From: Octopus sinensis
Taxonomy: Eukaryota
Reading direction: 5' to 3'
DNA length: 64,000 bases
Assembly (NCBI RefSeq): GCF_006345805.1
Contig: NC_043024.1
Location: forward strand, 12,834,001 to 12,898,000
Below, piece by piece: positions 38,098 to 51,993 of the stretch. The notes beneath the pieces were generated by a model. That model was not told the DNA's origin, did no database searches, and was given only the letters and a program-made list of their open reading frames with translations. A program made the position numbers and the translations under genes. Within the stretch, counting starts at the first letter, position 1; each line of letters starts with the position of its first letter.

Positions 38098-38565
38098 ATA
38101 AAAGAAGGGCTACAGCAAATATTCTGTTCAATACCACAGATTTGCTTGTCAGTTGTTTGACATTAACCAGTTGTGCATGTCCCTTGGTGGCTGACGATAT
38201 GTGCATCTCTGATCACGAGCAGAAGTAGTGGGGGAGCATCATAGCCATGTGTTGTGAGTGATTCTTTTGGGTTTGAATAATTCACCTCTGGAAACATGGG
38301 TGGTGCGTTCAACATACTTAAACAATTCTTATTCAGGGACCTTTTGAGCGGGATGGGCTACTCGACCAGAAGAACATTCTAACTGGGCCCCACCCGCAAG
38401 GTCATGCGCTGTTTATCTTGATATGAGATCACCAGGTCGCGTACAAATGGTTGTGATGCATGTGCCTGGTGTACCCTTATCAGACGGGTAGTCATGATGG
38501 GTATACTGGGCTTCGTATATTTTACCCTAGTGTCACTTTGATGGCATGCACTGCTCTCTCATTCA
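38098..38565. mobile_element. Probable non-coding interspersed element embedded in (TAA)n
   Basis: A higher-complexity block with (TAA)n on both sides, absent after the homologous TAA run of repeat copy 1. Confidence 0.5.
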
Positions 38566-38888
38566 AAAATAATAATAGTAATAATAATAATTTGCGCGTG
38601 TAATCTGGAAATGCATACAATAGATTATTGACCAATATACTCTCTGATATAACAGAAGGACTAACAGTCACGGTTGGAACGTCTTTCCCCACAAGTAGCT
38701 TAGCGTGATCAGAGTTGATCTGGGGCGAAATATAAAGAACATAAAAGACACTACAGAGTCATTGTGTTCTCTGGTTTGAACGCTTTTGTAGGTTTCTACA
38801 TATTTCAAGAATAGAAATTAAATAAATTATAATAAACTAAGCAAAAAGTTAATACGTAATTAACCCACGATATACACGTTTGAATGGA

Positions 38889-39690
38889 AGGATCGTGGTC
38901 TTGTGGTTAGTGTGTTACCCACACAGTCGGAAGATCGATGTTTGGAGTCACCGAATCGGTCAGGGTATTGTGTTCTTAAGCAAAAATGCTTCAGTCCACG
39001 TTGTTTCATTTCAATCTGCCACCCTCTGACAAACTGGCGTCCCGTCCACGAATTTTTTCCCACGAGAGTTCAGGACCTCAGTAATGAACTCATTTGCATA
39101 CAGCGAATCAGAGCTCACCTGGACCTTGTTGTCAAGTTAACAAACACACTCTGCCAAGTAAGCTCAAGATGAAGAATGGTGTTATGCCTGATTTTAGGAG
39201 ACAAGTAATTAGATAGATTTGCATCTGTATCCATTATCGGATTTTGTTAGGGCCCCATATGGTAAAGATGTGGAAGGGAGAAGTGTGGGAAGAGGGTGAA
39301 GTGCTAGTAACCCTGTCCCCTTACTGTTTTACAAAGTAAACAACAACAACACAACTACGCAGGGGCAGCCAGGGTTGAAACAAGAACAAGAACAACAAGC
39401 ATTATTAAAAGAGAAAAGAAGCATGGTCATTCCGTACCCGAGCGACCTTATCTTATCGACCTTCACTTGTTATGCGTTCATAAATTAGTCTGATATTTGA
39501 GCACTGATTGGTTGTTGAAAATGAGTTCATAACTGGGGTCCTGAACTTTCGTGGGAAAAAAATTCGCGTCCCGTCCACGGGTAAAGGTTATGGTTTTAGT
39601 CACAGATTCTCCATGGAAACCTGATGACCATCCCTATAAGTCTCAGGGCTCAAGACTGCAACATTAAAGAACTGACGATGATGATGATTA
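38889..39690 (+). mobile_element. Diverged tRNA-derived SINE interrupted by a DNA transposon
   Basis: tRNA-like head at about 38889; the GCGTCCCGTCCAC motif resumes after the insert; (GAT)n tail. Confidence 0.6.
39049..39566. mobile_element. Non-autonomous TIR element with 11-13-bp TSD (Mutator-like)
   Basis: TIR (C)GAATTTTTTCCCACGARAGTTCAGGACC.CAGT.ATGAACTCATTT; TSD CGTCCCGTCCA at 39038-39048 and 39567-39577. Confidence 0.88.
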
Positions 39691-40914
39691 TACACTAATC
39701 AAGAAGGGGGCCACTATGGATTAGGTCGGTTGGTAGAAATAACAACCAAATACCCTTCAAACTCCTGTAGTGCTCTTTTTGAAAAACAAGCGACCGATCG
39801 AATAAAATACACCTGAGATGAGAACTAGGAAAGCTTTGATTAAATATCTGCTCAGTGATATTTAATAAAAGTTCAATCTAAAAATTTTTGAAAAATAAAA
39901 ACAAAAAGAATAACACCGAAACTTTGAAACACTGTATTTGACGATGTATTCGTCGTATGCGAAAGAAGAGTTCAATAAAACTCGGAAAGCATTTGAGACT
40001 ATCTTAAAGATCTAAAAAAATTTTGTCCATGTATACATATGATTGACATGCATATATACATATATATATGCATATCTCAGCTCCATGGTTTTAGGGTTGG
40101 CAAATATTTTCTACCACCTGCAATTGTCTACCAAAATATTGTGTGTGACATTTGGTAAATGGAAACTGTTTGAAGCCTGCCAAAGACGTCTTTTGTGATT
40201 TTGTATGAAATTCCTACTTAGAAGAGCATTCGGATTTTATTTGGCAAACGAAACTCCTCAATAGTTATCTATGCAAACAAAACATTAGTCTATACGAGAT
40301 AAATAAACAAGTAGAACCGGCTTTATGGTAACACAAAAGCATATTCTACAGAGAAATCTATGAAAAACAAGCAATGGTAAACAAAAATAAAGTTTATTAC
40401 ATTAACCAAATGCACTTTAGCTATAAAATATTATAAAGCTGCGATGGAAAAACATTTTTTTATGAACGAGACGTACTGCATGCATTATGCTGAACTATAA
40501 GCTATCATTAATAAAATATTACACAAATACCAACATTATGCAAAAAAATATAATCTTCAAAATCCTTCAAGCTGAGCAAAAATCTTTGCGATGATTAATG
40601 CATTAACAATATTTTTTCTATGCAAGCAGAAAGTTGTAATCTGCATATTTTATTTTTAACATTGTCCATACAAGTTGGAACGCTTTCTCGACGGCTTATC
40701 GTGTAATTATAACAGGGAACGATTGCAAAAAAACTCTACATTCTGCAACACAAAATGATACGAGATAGAAAAACACCAGCAGATAACACAGACATCTTTC
40801 TTATAATAAACGCAATTGCATATTTACATATGGCATGTCACACAAATGAAGATAATTCCAAACTTTTTACAGATACTTCCTTTGATTGTTACATGTAAAT
40901 ATATATATATATAT

Positions 40915-41014
40915 ATAACGGGAAGCTTTATGAAAATAGACAAAAGACGAAGGCAGGTGGGAAACAAACAAACAATTGTATTAGTATGGCGCTCAGGAAA
41001 TATAAATAAAACAA

Positions 41015-41020
<6 letters not shown>
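40915..41020 (-). mobile_element. Partial copy of repeat family D (Penelope-like terminal repeat)
   Basis: Reverse complement matches GAGCG..ATACTAATACA..TGTTTGT...CCACCTG.CTTCGTCTTTTG of 60860-60920; (TA)n on both sides. Confidence 0.7.
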
Positions 41021-41052
<32 letters not shown>

Positions 41053-42127
41053 CAATACATTAGATATTACAGCGTGTAAATATTAGTATTTGAAAACAGG
41101 TTATTTATGATTTAATATTATGTTACTAAAATGTTCGCTACAGTGATAGAAGCTAATCGTTTTGCAATTATTATCGACTGAATGTTTATTCACGCCTGAT
41201 ATAGAAATCTGCTCCACTTCAGAGAGATAATGGATTAACAAACAAATATATGATACCCATCTATGGTTCGATTCTTAATACTGTCAATAGGATATTTATT
41301 GCAGTTTTTTGTCCAGAGATGAGATGTTAGGGACTTGCAGTGTGAAAAAGAAAGCAATATTTAACAGAGTGAGATGAAAACATGTCCCAGCCGCAGCCAG
41401 CGAGAGTGGTGGTTTATGAGATTTCCCATAGTTCTTCTCGTTATTCAATAGATAATGTATATCGCTATACCTATTAAGACGAATAAAGGTGGGAAGGACA
41501 TGCTTGGAATACCGTTATTCATATTTGAGCCCGACAGAAATGTGCTGTGGTTTAGTGACTAAAGTGGAAATAACTGTAAATAATTCAAGCTAGTGAGGAA
41601 CTGTCTATGGTCTGAAGAGCTAGAAATAGCAACCTATTTCATTTCAAGCGATATCCAATCATATTCCAGAAAGCAGGAGTCAACTGATAATAAGTCTATC
41701 GAGAATTTGCTCGCAAGAATTTACAGTTTGGACGGATACACTATAATCACATGTATGTTGACATAGAGCTACAGAGATATAAATAAATATTCCTTTAAGT
41801 AGTTTTGGGATAATTTTTGTAAAACTTAATGACATTTTGTCCTCATTAAGTTTATAATTGCAAATGACTAAAAGTTATTTTCGGTTTGCCAAATTAAAGA
41901 TAATAACCATTACAAACTATATCTTCAACAGTATTTAAAATGACACGTAGATGTGTACGCATATACATACATGCATACATATATACATATATTATACACA
42001 CAAAAAATCATTCATTTATACATATATACATATATATAAATATATATTCATGTTTAGAATCAAATAATTTGCAGTTGTATTCATTTAAATTTTCCATTAT
42101 ATATATGTATATATACACATAAATGGT

Positions 42128-42166
<39 letters not shown>

Positions 42167-42347
42167 TATATATATTAGTTGAAATTTATAGAATTCGAAA
42201 GACGAACACATGTGTATAAACAGCAAGCAGGTGTATAAGTTTGATGTATGTATATGAACATATATAAGTATATATTCATATATATGCTGATACTCATGTA
42301 TATATTAATACAAGCAAAGAACTGAAATAAGTAATAGAGTAAAAGCG

Positions 42348-42407
<60 letters not shown>

Positions 42408-42529
42408 CACGCGCACACGTATATATATTTATATATATATATATGCATGCAAATACATATGTCTAAATACATTTACATGTATACGTGTTTAGAACCTAAT
42501 AATTTGTACTGTGTTTATCTTAATTTCCC

Positions 42530-42572
<43 letters not shown>

Positions 42573-43398
42573 GTATATATAAATATCAGTGTGTATCCTC
42601 TTCACATTAAAATTTTGGTTTTCCAAATAAAGCGTAGCAAACGAAGGACACGTACTTTTATAAGAAAATATATTGCAAATTAATGCGTAACAAGAAAACC
42701 GATTTACACACTTGCGTGTGTTTGTGTGTGTGAGTGCGCATGTATTCGTCAGCGTGCGTATTCAAGCATATGCGCATGCGTGTTTAGGTGAGTGAAATAA
42801 TTAGTGCGGAGGCATCTAACGAATGCTTTCATTTCAGAAGCCTTTACGTTTCACATTTGTTCTTTCCTTTCAATAAAATCTGTTAATTTCACTTCAGGCC
42901 ATTCTGCGACTCTAATTATAATTCTCTTTTTAAATGCCAGATTATTATTAAAAAAATGAACAACTTTTCAGTCGAATGATGAAACTATGTGATATGATTA
43001 AGTCATATATCAGATAATAACTTGTTTGGTGCGACAATTTTGTTGTTGTGGTTGTTGTTGGTATAAGATAATGGCGAGAGGTTCACACGATTTCTTAAGG
43101 CGCTAAAGTGACAGACAATATGGCGTCTTTCATTTAGTTGCCTTTTTTTTACATTCTTCGTTCGAGCTGTTTTGATGTGGCATTTGTTTATGTGGACGAG
43201 CATGCCGTCTATGTATACGTATACATAAAGGATATACGCGCAAACACTCAGGAAAGCACATATGTTTTATATACACTAATTACACACACGCGCGCATATA
43301 CGCATTTTTAGCTAAAGTTTCCAGAGACTCTTTTCAGTATATCTTTGTGTGTGTTTGTACACACACACACACACACACATACACACATATCTAAATTA

Positions 43399-44212
43399 CA
43401 TGAAAAAATACGAGCAAGAAAAATAATATTCTTAAAATTATAAATCTGAAAAAGTTCAGGACAAATTATTTCATCTGGTAAAATACAGAACAAAAAAATT
43501 CTTACTTAAAATGTTGCAGCTAAGGATAAAATTTCAAATAAAATATTTAGATTTACAAAATATTTGCTTTTATTAAAACTAAAAATTTTATTACAAGTTA
43601 TTACTTCTATTTGTTATTTCTTGTTACTTCCATCAAAATTTAAAAATAACTCAAATATTTCTTGCACTTTAAAAAACTCATTTTTAAAATTATTAATTAA
43701 TAATTAGAAATTCAAAAATAGGTTACAAAAAATAACAGTAGTGCATAATTAGTTAGTACAATAAATAGAGTAATACAAAAATTAGTTATATATTACAGTA
43801 AAATCTACCTATAACAACAAATTCACAGTAAAATTTTCTTGAGTTATTGCCAAAGGTATTGCCAAGTCTTCACATTTTTAGTCTTGACCTAATGCCTATC
43901 TTTTACATGATGAAGCAGCCTACCATATATACTATTCTGCTTTGCATAAAACTTTAGCTATATTGGTACTTCTGGCTCTCATTTTTAAAGTATTTAGTGG
44001 GTCAAAATTTTAACAAAATGATGGTAAGTTTTGTAATTATAAAGTTACTTTGTAAGTTAAAATCAAATGATTTCTAACATTCAAATTTTATTCTTAGCTG
44101 CAATATTTTAAGTACAAATTTTCTTGTTCTGTACTTTACCTGATGTAATAACTTGTCGTGTACTTTTCCAGATTTATGATCTTAAGAATATTATCTCTTC
44201 CATTTTTCCATG
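43399..44212. repeat. Old AT-rich fold-back element
   Basis: 43423-43539 and 44079-44194 are reverse complements, roughly 80% by eye. Confidence 0.75.
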
Positions 44213-45275
44213 GAATCCATGTTATTATTCAGGCTATGCTATTATGCTAATTAATAATGTGTGAAATGTGTCAATTAGCGGTGTCGTTGATATTTTTTCA
44301 TTACCTCAATGATGCCGGTGACATGTATTAAAAGTCCCCTAGAACTATATTCATAAAAAGGTATAAAACTATATTATCATCCTCAAATTTGAGAAACAAA
44401 CACTCATAACTTTTTCTCTTTTAAAACTTCATTGCATAAGATTGATACAATTAAATTCCTCGAATTGAGCTCTATTATTTAAGCTTAATTAAAATATAGT
44501 TTGTTTTTAAAATAAAGAAGTTAATTATGCTTAAATCCAATTTTTTGCCTGATATTTGTTTCATGATATTTTACCTCACAACATCTTTGATGCAACTTTT
44601 TGTCGTATGGAACCAAAAATATGAAATTCTTCACGCTTTCTTCTATCACTGAAGCTAAGATAAATGTATTTTGCTTGATCGGTGGCGTATCTTACTGTGC
44701 CATAACGTTGCTACAAATTTTGAAGTAAACTTTTTCTACCGGATCAAATCTGAATTTTTTATGCCAAAATATAGCTAGGGACTAGTTCTCTTTAAAAAAT
44801 GTTAACGGTTTTCCATTTGGTTAAGAACTGAATTAGCGACAAGCTCTGTAATATACTGCATGTGAGTAAATTACGGCCTTAAGAATATCTTTCAACTACG
44901 GTAGTACTTGAATGTTATTTATATGTAAGAAAAAAGATGGCAAAGGAATTAAGGTTTATCTGACGAAATTCATTAGCTTACAGTTGTTTCCACTATTAGA
45001 TGTAGCAGACTCATAGTTAGTGCCTGAGTAACACCTTACAGCTTCATCAGAGATTCAAACATAATGTGCACTTCATAAGTCCGCCACATCTTATAGTGGA
45101 AACAGATGTAAGCTCATGAAGTTCGTAACTTAATCATTCACTCCTTTGTACTTTCCCTTCTTATTACAGCTCTGTACTCGACTAGCGTATTGGTTAGATG
45201 TGTATATTGAGTTCCACACCAAATTATTAGATTGCCAACGGCTAAACGATATATATATATATATATATATATATA

Positions 45276-45790
45276 CTAGCAGTATCGCCCGGCGTTGCTC
45301 GGATTTGTAAGGGAAATAACTATATAAGCATTTTTAGAGAGTTACTTCCCTTATAGATGCCAATTCGGGCTTTCTTAGCCATTTCTGTTTTGATGTCTTC
45401 AAGCCATGAAGTCGTTGTTCTAAAAGAACGCTGGTCTCCTTGACAACGCTTTACGACGTTGATTTCCTTACATTCCCTTCCCCACAGCTTCACGAGGGTG
45501 GGAAGAAGGGGGAGAAGCAAACAGGTGCAGGTGTGACCATGGACGCCAACTCCGCCGCCATCGACACACGATGCATTTTACGCATTAAAATGGAATAAAA
45601 AATGATGTTAAATTATTTTTAAAATCGTAGACTCATCGTAGACGCGCGCTAATACTCAGACGGGCTCGATATGAATCACGACTATAAGATACCCGAATTT
45701 GGTTAAACTGCACCGCAAAATGTGGGAGTAGTTAGGAATCTAAATCGAAGGGGACAGACACTCACACAACTACAGTTTTATATATATAGA
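45276..45790 (-). mobile_element. Non-autonomous Helitron
   Basis: Same 5' TC and 3' hairpin+CTAG ends as 1550-1942; inserted in (TA)n; different interior. Confidence 0.9.
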
Positions 45791-46340
45791 TATATTGCAT
45801 ACGGTCTCATATAGAGAGATATACAAGTTGCCTGCCTGCATCTTTATGTTTTTAACTAAACTGCATAAATTCCTATATATTACATTCCTAGATTCTTAAA
45901 TATTCTCGAAATCAAAAGTGAAAGTTAAAACAGGTGCTTAAAACAACATTTAGCAACTGTTTCTTGCATGTCAAGCATTTTTTCTGAAACACTTCATTGA
46001 TTCGTTAATCGTAGTAGTAGACCAACCAGACATAAAATCAAAGACCTTCGAAACGTGACCATCACGCCTGAGTCTATATTTAAAACTACATTATCTAACA
46101 TATTCCACTTGATATCATTTATATAATGTAGTTTAATATTCAAGGTAGATTTGGCAACTATTTTTAGCTGGTTAAGCAACGGCATAGAAGCTCCCTAATT
46201 GGCATCGTGCAATATTTTTTAATGATTTCTTCATGGCAATCCTTGACATTCTTTGGAATGTGTATATATAAGTAAGAAGCAAAACATAGAACATAATTGG
46301 TGCGTCCGCTGTAAATTTGTAAAAACAAATATATACTTAC

Positions 46341-46374
46341 CTTCGTTAATGAACAAAGTTTGTTTGAAACTCAC
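46341..46374 (-). other. Candidate 34-nt micro-exon / recursive splice site, copy 1
   Basis: Minus: about 50-nt polypyrimidine tract + ttacag|GTGAGTTTCAAACAAACTTTGTTCATTAACGAAG|gtaagtat. Confidence 0.6.
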
Positions 46375-46937
46375 CTGTAACGAGAAGATGAAGAACAAGA
46401 AATAAGAAACGTGACAAAAAAAAAGAAAGAAACATATGATATAAGCATACAAACAGAAAAATTCATAAAATATAATTAAGAACCCAGAGGGTATGCAGTT
46501 AATAAGAAAATACTGCATCATACAAACTGATACGATTTTATACTATTTTTACACGTAGTCGACAAAGAAATCAAGATGGTGACTCGAGAAGTGAGAGGAG
46601 AAAAGAACAATTATACAAACACACGTTTATGAACACATACATATATATATGAATATAATGATGTATGTATGTATTTATTTAGGTATATAGTTATCAAAGT
46701 ATATATCTATGTGTCTGTATGTGTGTATTTATATTATGAATGCATAGAGTAAATGCGTAGAATAAGGTAGGCAATTAATTTTAACCCGATGGGGCCATTT
46801 TATATTTTATCATATTTTTCGTGTTTTGATGACTAAACTTATTTTTCGTAAAAATAGTGTAAACATTTTGTAAAAGTACTCTAAACAAATAACAGGTTTA
46901 TATGCATACACATGTGTGTCTACAAAGATATATATAT

Positions 46938-46976
<39 letters not shown>

Positions 46977-47565
46977 CATATGTGTGTGTGTGTATATATG
47001 TGTATATATATATATATTGCATACGGTCTCATTTAGAGAGATATACAAGTTGCCTGCCTGCATCTTTATGTTTTTAACTAAACTGCATAAATTCCTATAT
47101 ATTACATTCCTAGATTCTTAAATATTCTCGAAATCAAAAGTGAAAGTTAAAACAGGTGCTTAAACCAACATTTAGCAACTGTTTCTTGCATGTCAAGCAA
47201 TTTTTCTGAAACACTTTCATTGATTCGTTAATCGTAGTAGTAGACCAACCAGACTTAAAATCAAAGACCTTCGAAACGTGACCATCACGCCTGAGTCTAT
47301 ATTTAAAACTACATTATCTAACATATTCCACTTGATATCATTTATATAATGTAGTTTAATATTCCAAGGTAGATTTGGCAACTATTTTTAGCTGGTTAAG
47401 CAACGGCATAGAAGCTCCCTAATTGGCATCGTGCAATATTTTTTTAATGATTTCTTCATGGCAATCCTTGACATTCTTTGGAATGTGTATATATAAGTAA
47501 GAAGCAAAACATAGAACATAATTGGTGCGTCCGCTGTAAATTTGTAAAAACAAATATATACTTAC

Positions 47566-47599
47566 CTTCGTTAATGAACAAAGTTTGTTTGAAACTCAC
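47566..47599 (-). other. Candidate 34-nt micro-exon / recursive splice site, copy 2
   Basis: Identical exon and splice signals in the duplicated unit. Confidence 0.55.
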
Positions 47600-48164
47600 C
47601 TGTAACGAGAAGATGAAGAACAAGAAATAAGAAACGTGACAAAAAAAAAAGAAAGAAATATATGATATAAGCATACAAACAGAAAAATTCATAAAATATA
47701 ATTAAGAACCCAGAGGGTATGCAGTTAATAAAGAAAATACTGCATCATACAAACTGATACGATTTTATACTATTTTTACACGTAGTCGACAAAGAAATCA
47801 AGATGGTGACTCGAGAAGTGAGAGGAGAAAAGAACAATTATACAAACACACGTTTATGAACACATACATATATATATGAATATAATGATGTATGTATGTA
47901 TTTATTTAGGTATATAGTTATCAAAGTATATATCTATGTGTCTGTATGTGTGTATTTATATTATGAATGCATAGAGTAAATGCGTAGAATAAGGTAGGCA
48001 ATTAATTTTAACCCGATGGGGCCATTTTATATTTTATCATATTTTTCGTGTTTTGATGACTAAACTTATTTTTCGTAAAAATAGTGTAAACATTTTGTAA
48101 AAGTACTCTAAACAAATAACAGGTTTATATGCATACACATGTGTGTCTACAAAGATATATATAT

Positions 48165-48199
<35 letters not shown>

Positions 48200-48221
48200 C
48201 ATATGTGTGTGTGTGTATATA

Positions 48222-48275
<54 letters not shown>

Positions 48276-48343
48276 CGTATATGCATATACGTATATATAT
48301 ATGCATATATGTATATATATATATATGCATATATAAACCACCT

Positions 48344-48377
<34 letters not shown>

Positions 48378-48884
48378 GTAGGTGGTTCATGAATATATAC
48401 ATACACATATATAAATAAACACACACGTATATTTGTACTCAGAAAGATATTCATACATGCAAGCATCCCTAGTTATATATACGCACACGCTCATTCCCAC
48501 ATTCACAGTTGCTACTCTCCATGTACCTATAGGCGCAGAGACCGATACATACATACATACATTACATACATAGATTACATACATGCGTGCGTGCGTGTGT
48601 GTGTGCATGCATTAGCACACCATAGTATCGGTGGGTATATAAATGTGTATGCAGAAATAATGTAGAATATTAAACGAATTCGTAAATAATGATTGGTACT
48701 TATATTATGCGTGTATGTACGAACGTATATATATGTTTGCATGCACGTGAGTGTTATTTATCAGCTTAAACATGTATGTGTTTCAGCGTGTGCACGTGTG
48801 AACATACATGTATGTATATATTTATGTACGCATATCCTTATCTATCTATCTATCTATCTATCTTTCTGTGTCTCTCTCCCTCTA

Positions 48885-48931
<47 letters not shown>

Positions 48932-49008
48932 GTGTCTTTCTCCCTCTATCTCTTTCTCTCTCTCTCTCTCTCTCTATCTGTGTCTTTCTCCCTCTATCTC
49001 TTTCTCTA

Positions 49009-49039
<31 letters not shown>

Positions 49040-49091
49040 GTGTCTTTCTCCCTCTCTCTCTCTCTCTATCTATCTATCTGTGTCTTTCTCC

Positions 49092-49139
<48 letters not shown>

Positions 49140-49920
49140 AAATCTATTTCTGTATGTCTGCATATTCCCAATTAAACGTACCCGGGTTCATTAATTAATC
49201 AATTATCAAACAGCAGGGCAACCGTTTAAGCCACCTCTATTCATATATACGTACAGAGTGGATTCAGTAGAAGGAAGCCCAAAGAAGCACCATGAACATC
49301 TATACATACATACGGTCGCACATATAAACCCTCGCATATATTTGTATATTTATGCGTACACCCCTTTTTGTGTTTGTAATTGTTCGTCCCTCAGCCACTG
49401 CTTGACAAACGGTGTGCGATGCTTAGAAAAAATATGCACCGGTGATAAACTTATTCCTTGAAGACGGCACCCTAGCATAGCTGCTGTCCAATGACTGAAA
49501 CAAAACATGAAGTTTTTCACCCTACTCTCGTATATATACAATCATTAAAATAAAATTACCAATTCTTCAAACATACATGTCCAGATGTTAAGTCTCCATC
49601 TAATATTATAATATTCATATTCTTGCAAAATAAACTCCAACGGATATGGAACAGTAATATTTAGGTTTCAACGTAAAGTATTGTTTGATAATTATATAAT
49701 TAGCGATACAGAAAATTGTTTCACCCCCCAGGAAATGTTTAGCATCCGGGTGCGATCAAAAATACAGTGTTTTGCGCAGACCTGAAGTGAACCAAAAAAC
49801 TTATGACGCACGTGTTTTGGGGCAGCGGGTTGTATAATTGCCATCCACTTCTCGCCCTCTCTTCCCCTCTCTCCCACCTCACTCTGTATCTCTTTGTCTC
49901 TATCTCTCTCTATATATATA

Positions 49921-50302
49921 CGCAGGAGTGGCTGTGTGGTAAGCAGTTTACTTACCAGCCACATGGTTCCGGGTTCAGTCCCACTGCGTGATACATTGGG
50001 CGAGTGGTTTTCTACTATAGCCTCGGGCCGACCAAACCCTTGTGAGTGGATTTGGTAGACGAAAACTAAAAGAAGCCTGTCGTGTATATGTATATATGTG
50101 TTTGTGTCTGTTCCCCAACATCGCTTGACAACCGATGGTGGTGTGTTTACGTCCCCGTAACTTAGCGGTTCGGCAAAAGAGACCGATAGAATAAGTACTA
50201 GGCTAACAAAGAATAAGTCATGGGGTCGATTTGCTCGACTAAAGGCGGTGCTCCAGCATGGCCGCAGTAAAATGACTGAAACAAGTAAAAGAATAAAAGA
50301 AT
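49921..50302 (+). mobile_element. SINE group A, full length
   Basis: Close match to 3613-4036. Confidence 0.92.
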
Positions 50303-51319
50303 ATAAGCAGACAGACACACACATACTCTCTCTCTCACACACTGAAATATACGCACTCACATACGTATATACATGCACACACATATATGTATACACAGAC
50401 CCATGTCTTTGCTTGAAGCACGGATTAATAATGTTCATTGGTCTTGCATTTGTTGTCTATTTGGCGAGACTCTCAGAACGTATTTCCTTCAAAGTAAATC
50501 TCTCTCTGACGTCCAAAGTTTGGAGAAATGCAAGAGAACTGCGTCTAGAATCTCGCTGTTCACTAAATCACATTCTTATCTACACCATCTGAATCCTATT
50601 AGGAAGCAATTTCTGAATAATCGATCAATTTTCCAGATAGCTCTAATATATATATAAACTCGGTTGATATTGCTTGCCAAGTCAAAGCAACGAAAAACTT
50701 CTCTCTTTCCTAGCAAACAAATTTATCTACTTTGCAAACAATTTACGATGTATTTAACTGCTGTGCATTGTTAGAGCAGATTTAGATTTGACCGCTACAA
50801 TGAAAGCCTCTTCTCTGATCTATACAACCTGATAACAAAGCTATTCTTGCTACTAATGCATTGATATTTTGCGTACATTCTCTTCACTGAAATGACCATC
50901 TACGTCACCAGTTTTAACGCAACCAATTACCGCAAGCTGATCCTAGCGGCGTTCAATAGGGGTTCATTTTTTTATAAGATCTTTCGACTGGCTTTGGATC
51001 CGAGCAAAACTAGAAGGTATCTCAATAAACGTCATTACACTCAGATCTATTGGCACTTGGATATTTTAAATAAACCCCACCTCCCGAGCTTCGGGTTGAA
51101 CCTAATTCGATTTCTTCTCAGTTACCAGTATAACAACTAAGCTTGGGCCGTTGGAGGTTTTTGCCGATTCCACTCAATAAAAAGCATTCGTGAAAGGCAG
51201 ACTTTTTCTTCGTTGTTTTATCAGTGACCTCATATTGTTGCCCCTAACTGGCACAGGGGTACTTTACATGGGGCCCAAATAATTGTAAACAGTAGAAACA
51301 CATCACACTCTAGTGCTAG

Positions 51320-51560
51320 TGGAGGCACATGGCCTAGTGTTTAGAGTAGCGGACTCGCGTTCGAGGGAGGCCGGGTTCGAATCTCAGACCGGACGATGTG
51401 TGTGTTTATGAGCGAAGCACCTAAGCTCCAATCAGAAGGTAATGACGAACTTCTGCTGACTCTTTCGTCACAACTTTCTCTCACTCTTTCCTCCTGCATC
51501 TTACAGCTCACCTGCAACGGACCGGCGTGCCGTCCAGGTGGGGAGCCTATACGCCAAGGA
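51320..51560 (+). mobile_element. SINE group B (tail type 3)
   Basis: Head GGAGGCACATGGCCTAGTG...GGTTCGAATCTCAGACCGG, shared CACAACTTTCTCTCACTCTT block, distinct 3' module. Confidence 0.8.
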
Positions 51561-51571
51561 AATCCCCCTCT

Positions 51572-51618
<47 letters not shown>

Positions 51619-51959
51619 TATATACGCACACATATACGTTAAGGAAACCCAAATTAACTTGCCGGAGATATGGTTTATACACACACAAATATATATAATA
51701 TACATATATACATATATTATGCGTACAAATACGGACGCACACACACACACATATACACACGTATGTATATGTGTGAATCTTAGCTTGGGGGTCATAGCAC
51801 CGAAACGAAATTGTAATTTGTAAACTGCAACAAATAAAGTTTTCTGTCTTTAATAACAGAAGATACTTTATTTTATATCATAGCTGTATTTGTCTTCACA
51901 AACAAATCTATCTATACACTCATCTATCTATCTATCTATATATATATATATATTTGTCC

Positions 51960-51993
<34 letters not shown>

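Larger units (their letters stand above)
45791..48240. repeat. Tandem duplication of about 1.22 kb (45791-47012 and 47013-about 48240)
   Basis: Offset 1222-1227 bp; about 10 differences seen; junction lies in a TA/TG microsatellite. Confidence 0.95.

Noticed and set aside
50400-51150. Possible decayed hAT transposase
   Set aside because: Only a vague FSKL-like match; too degenerate to call.
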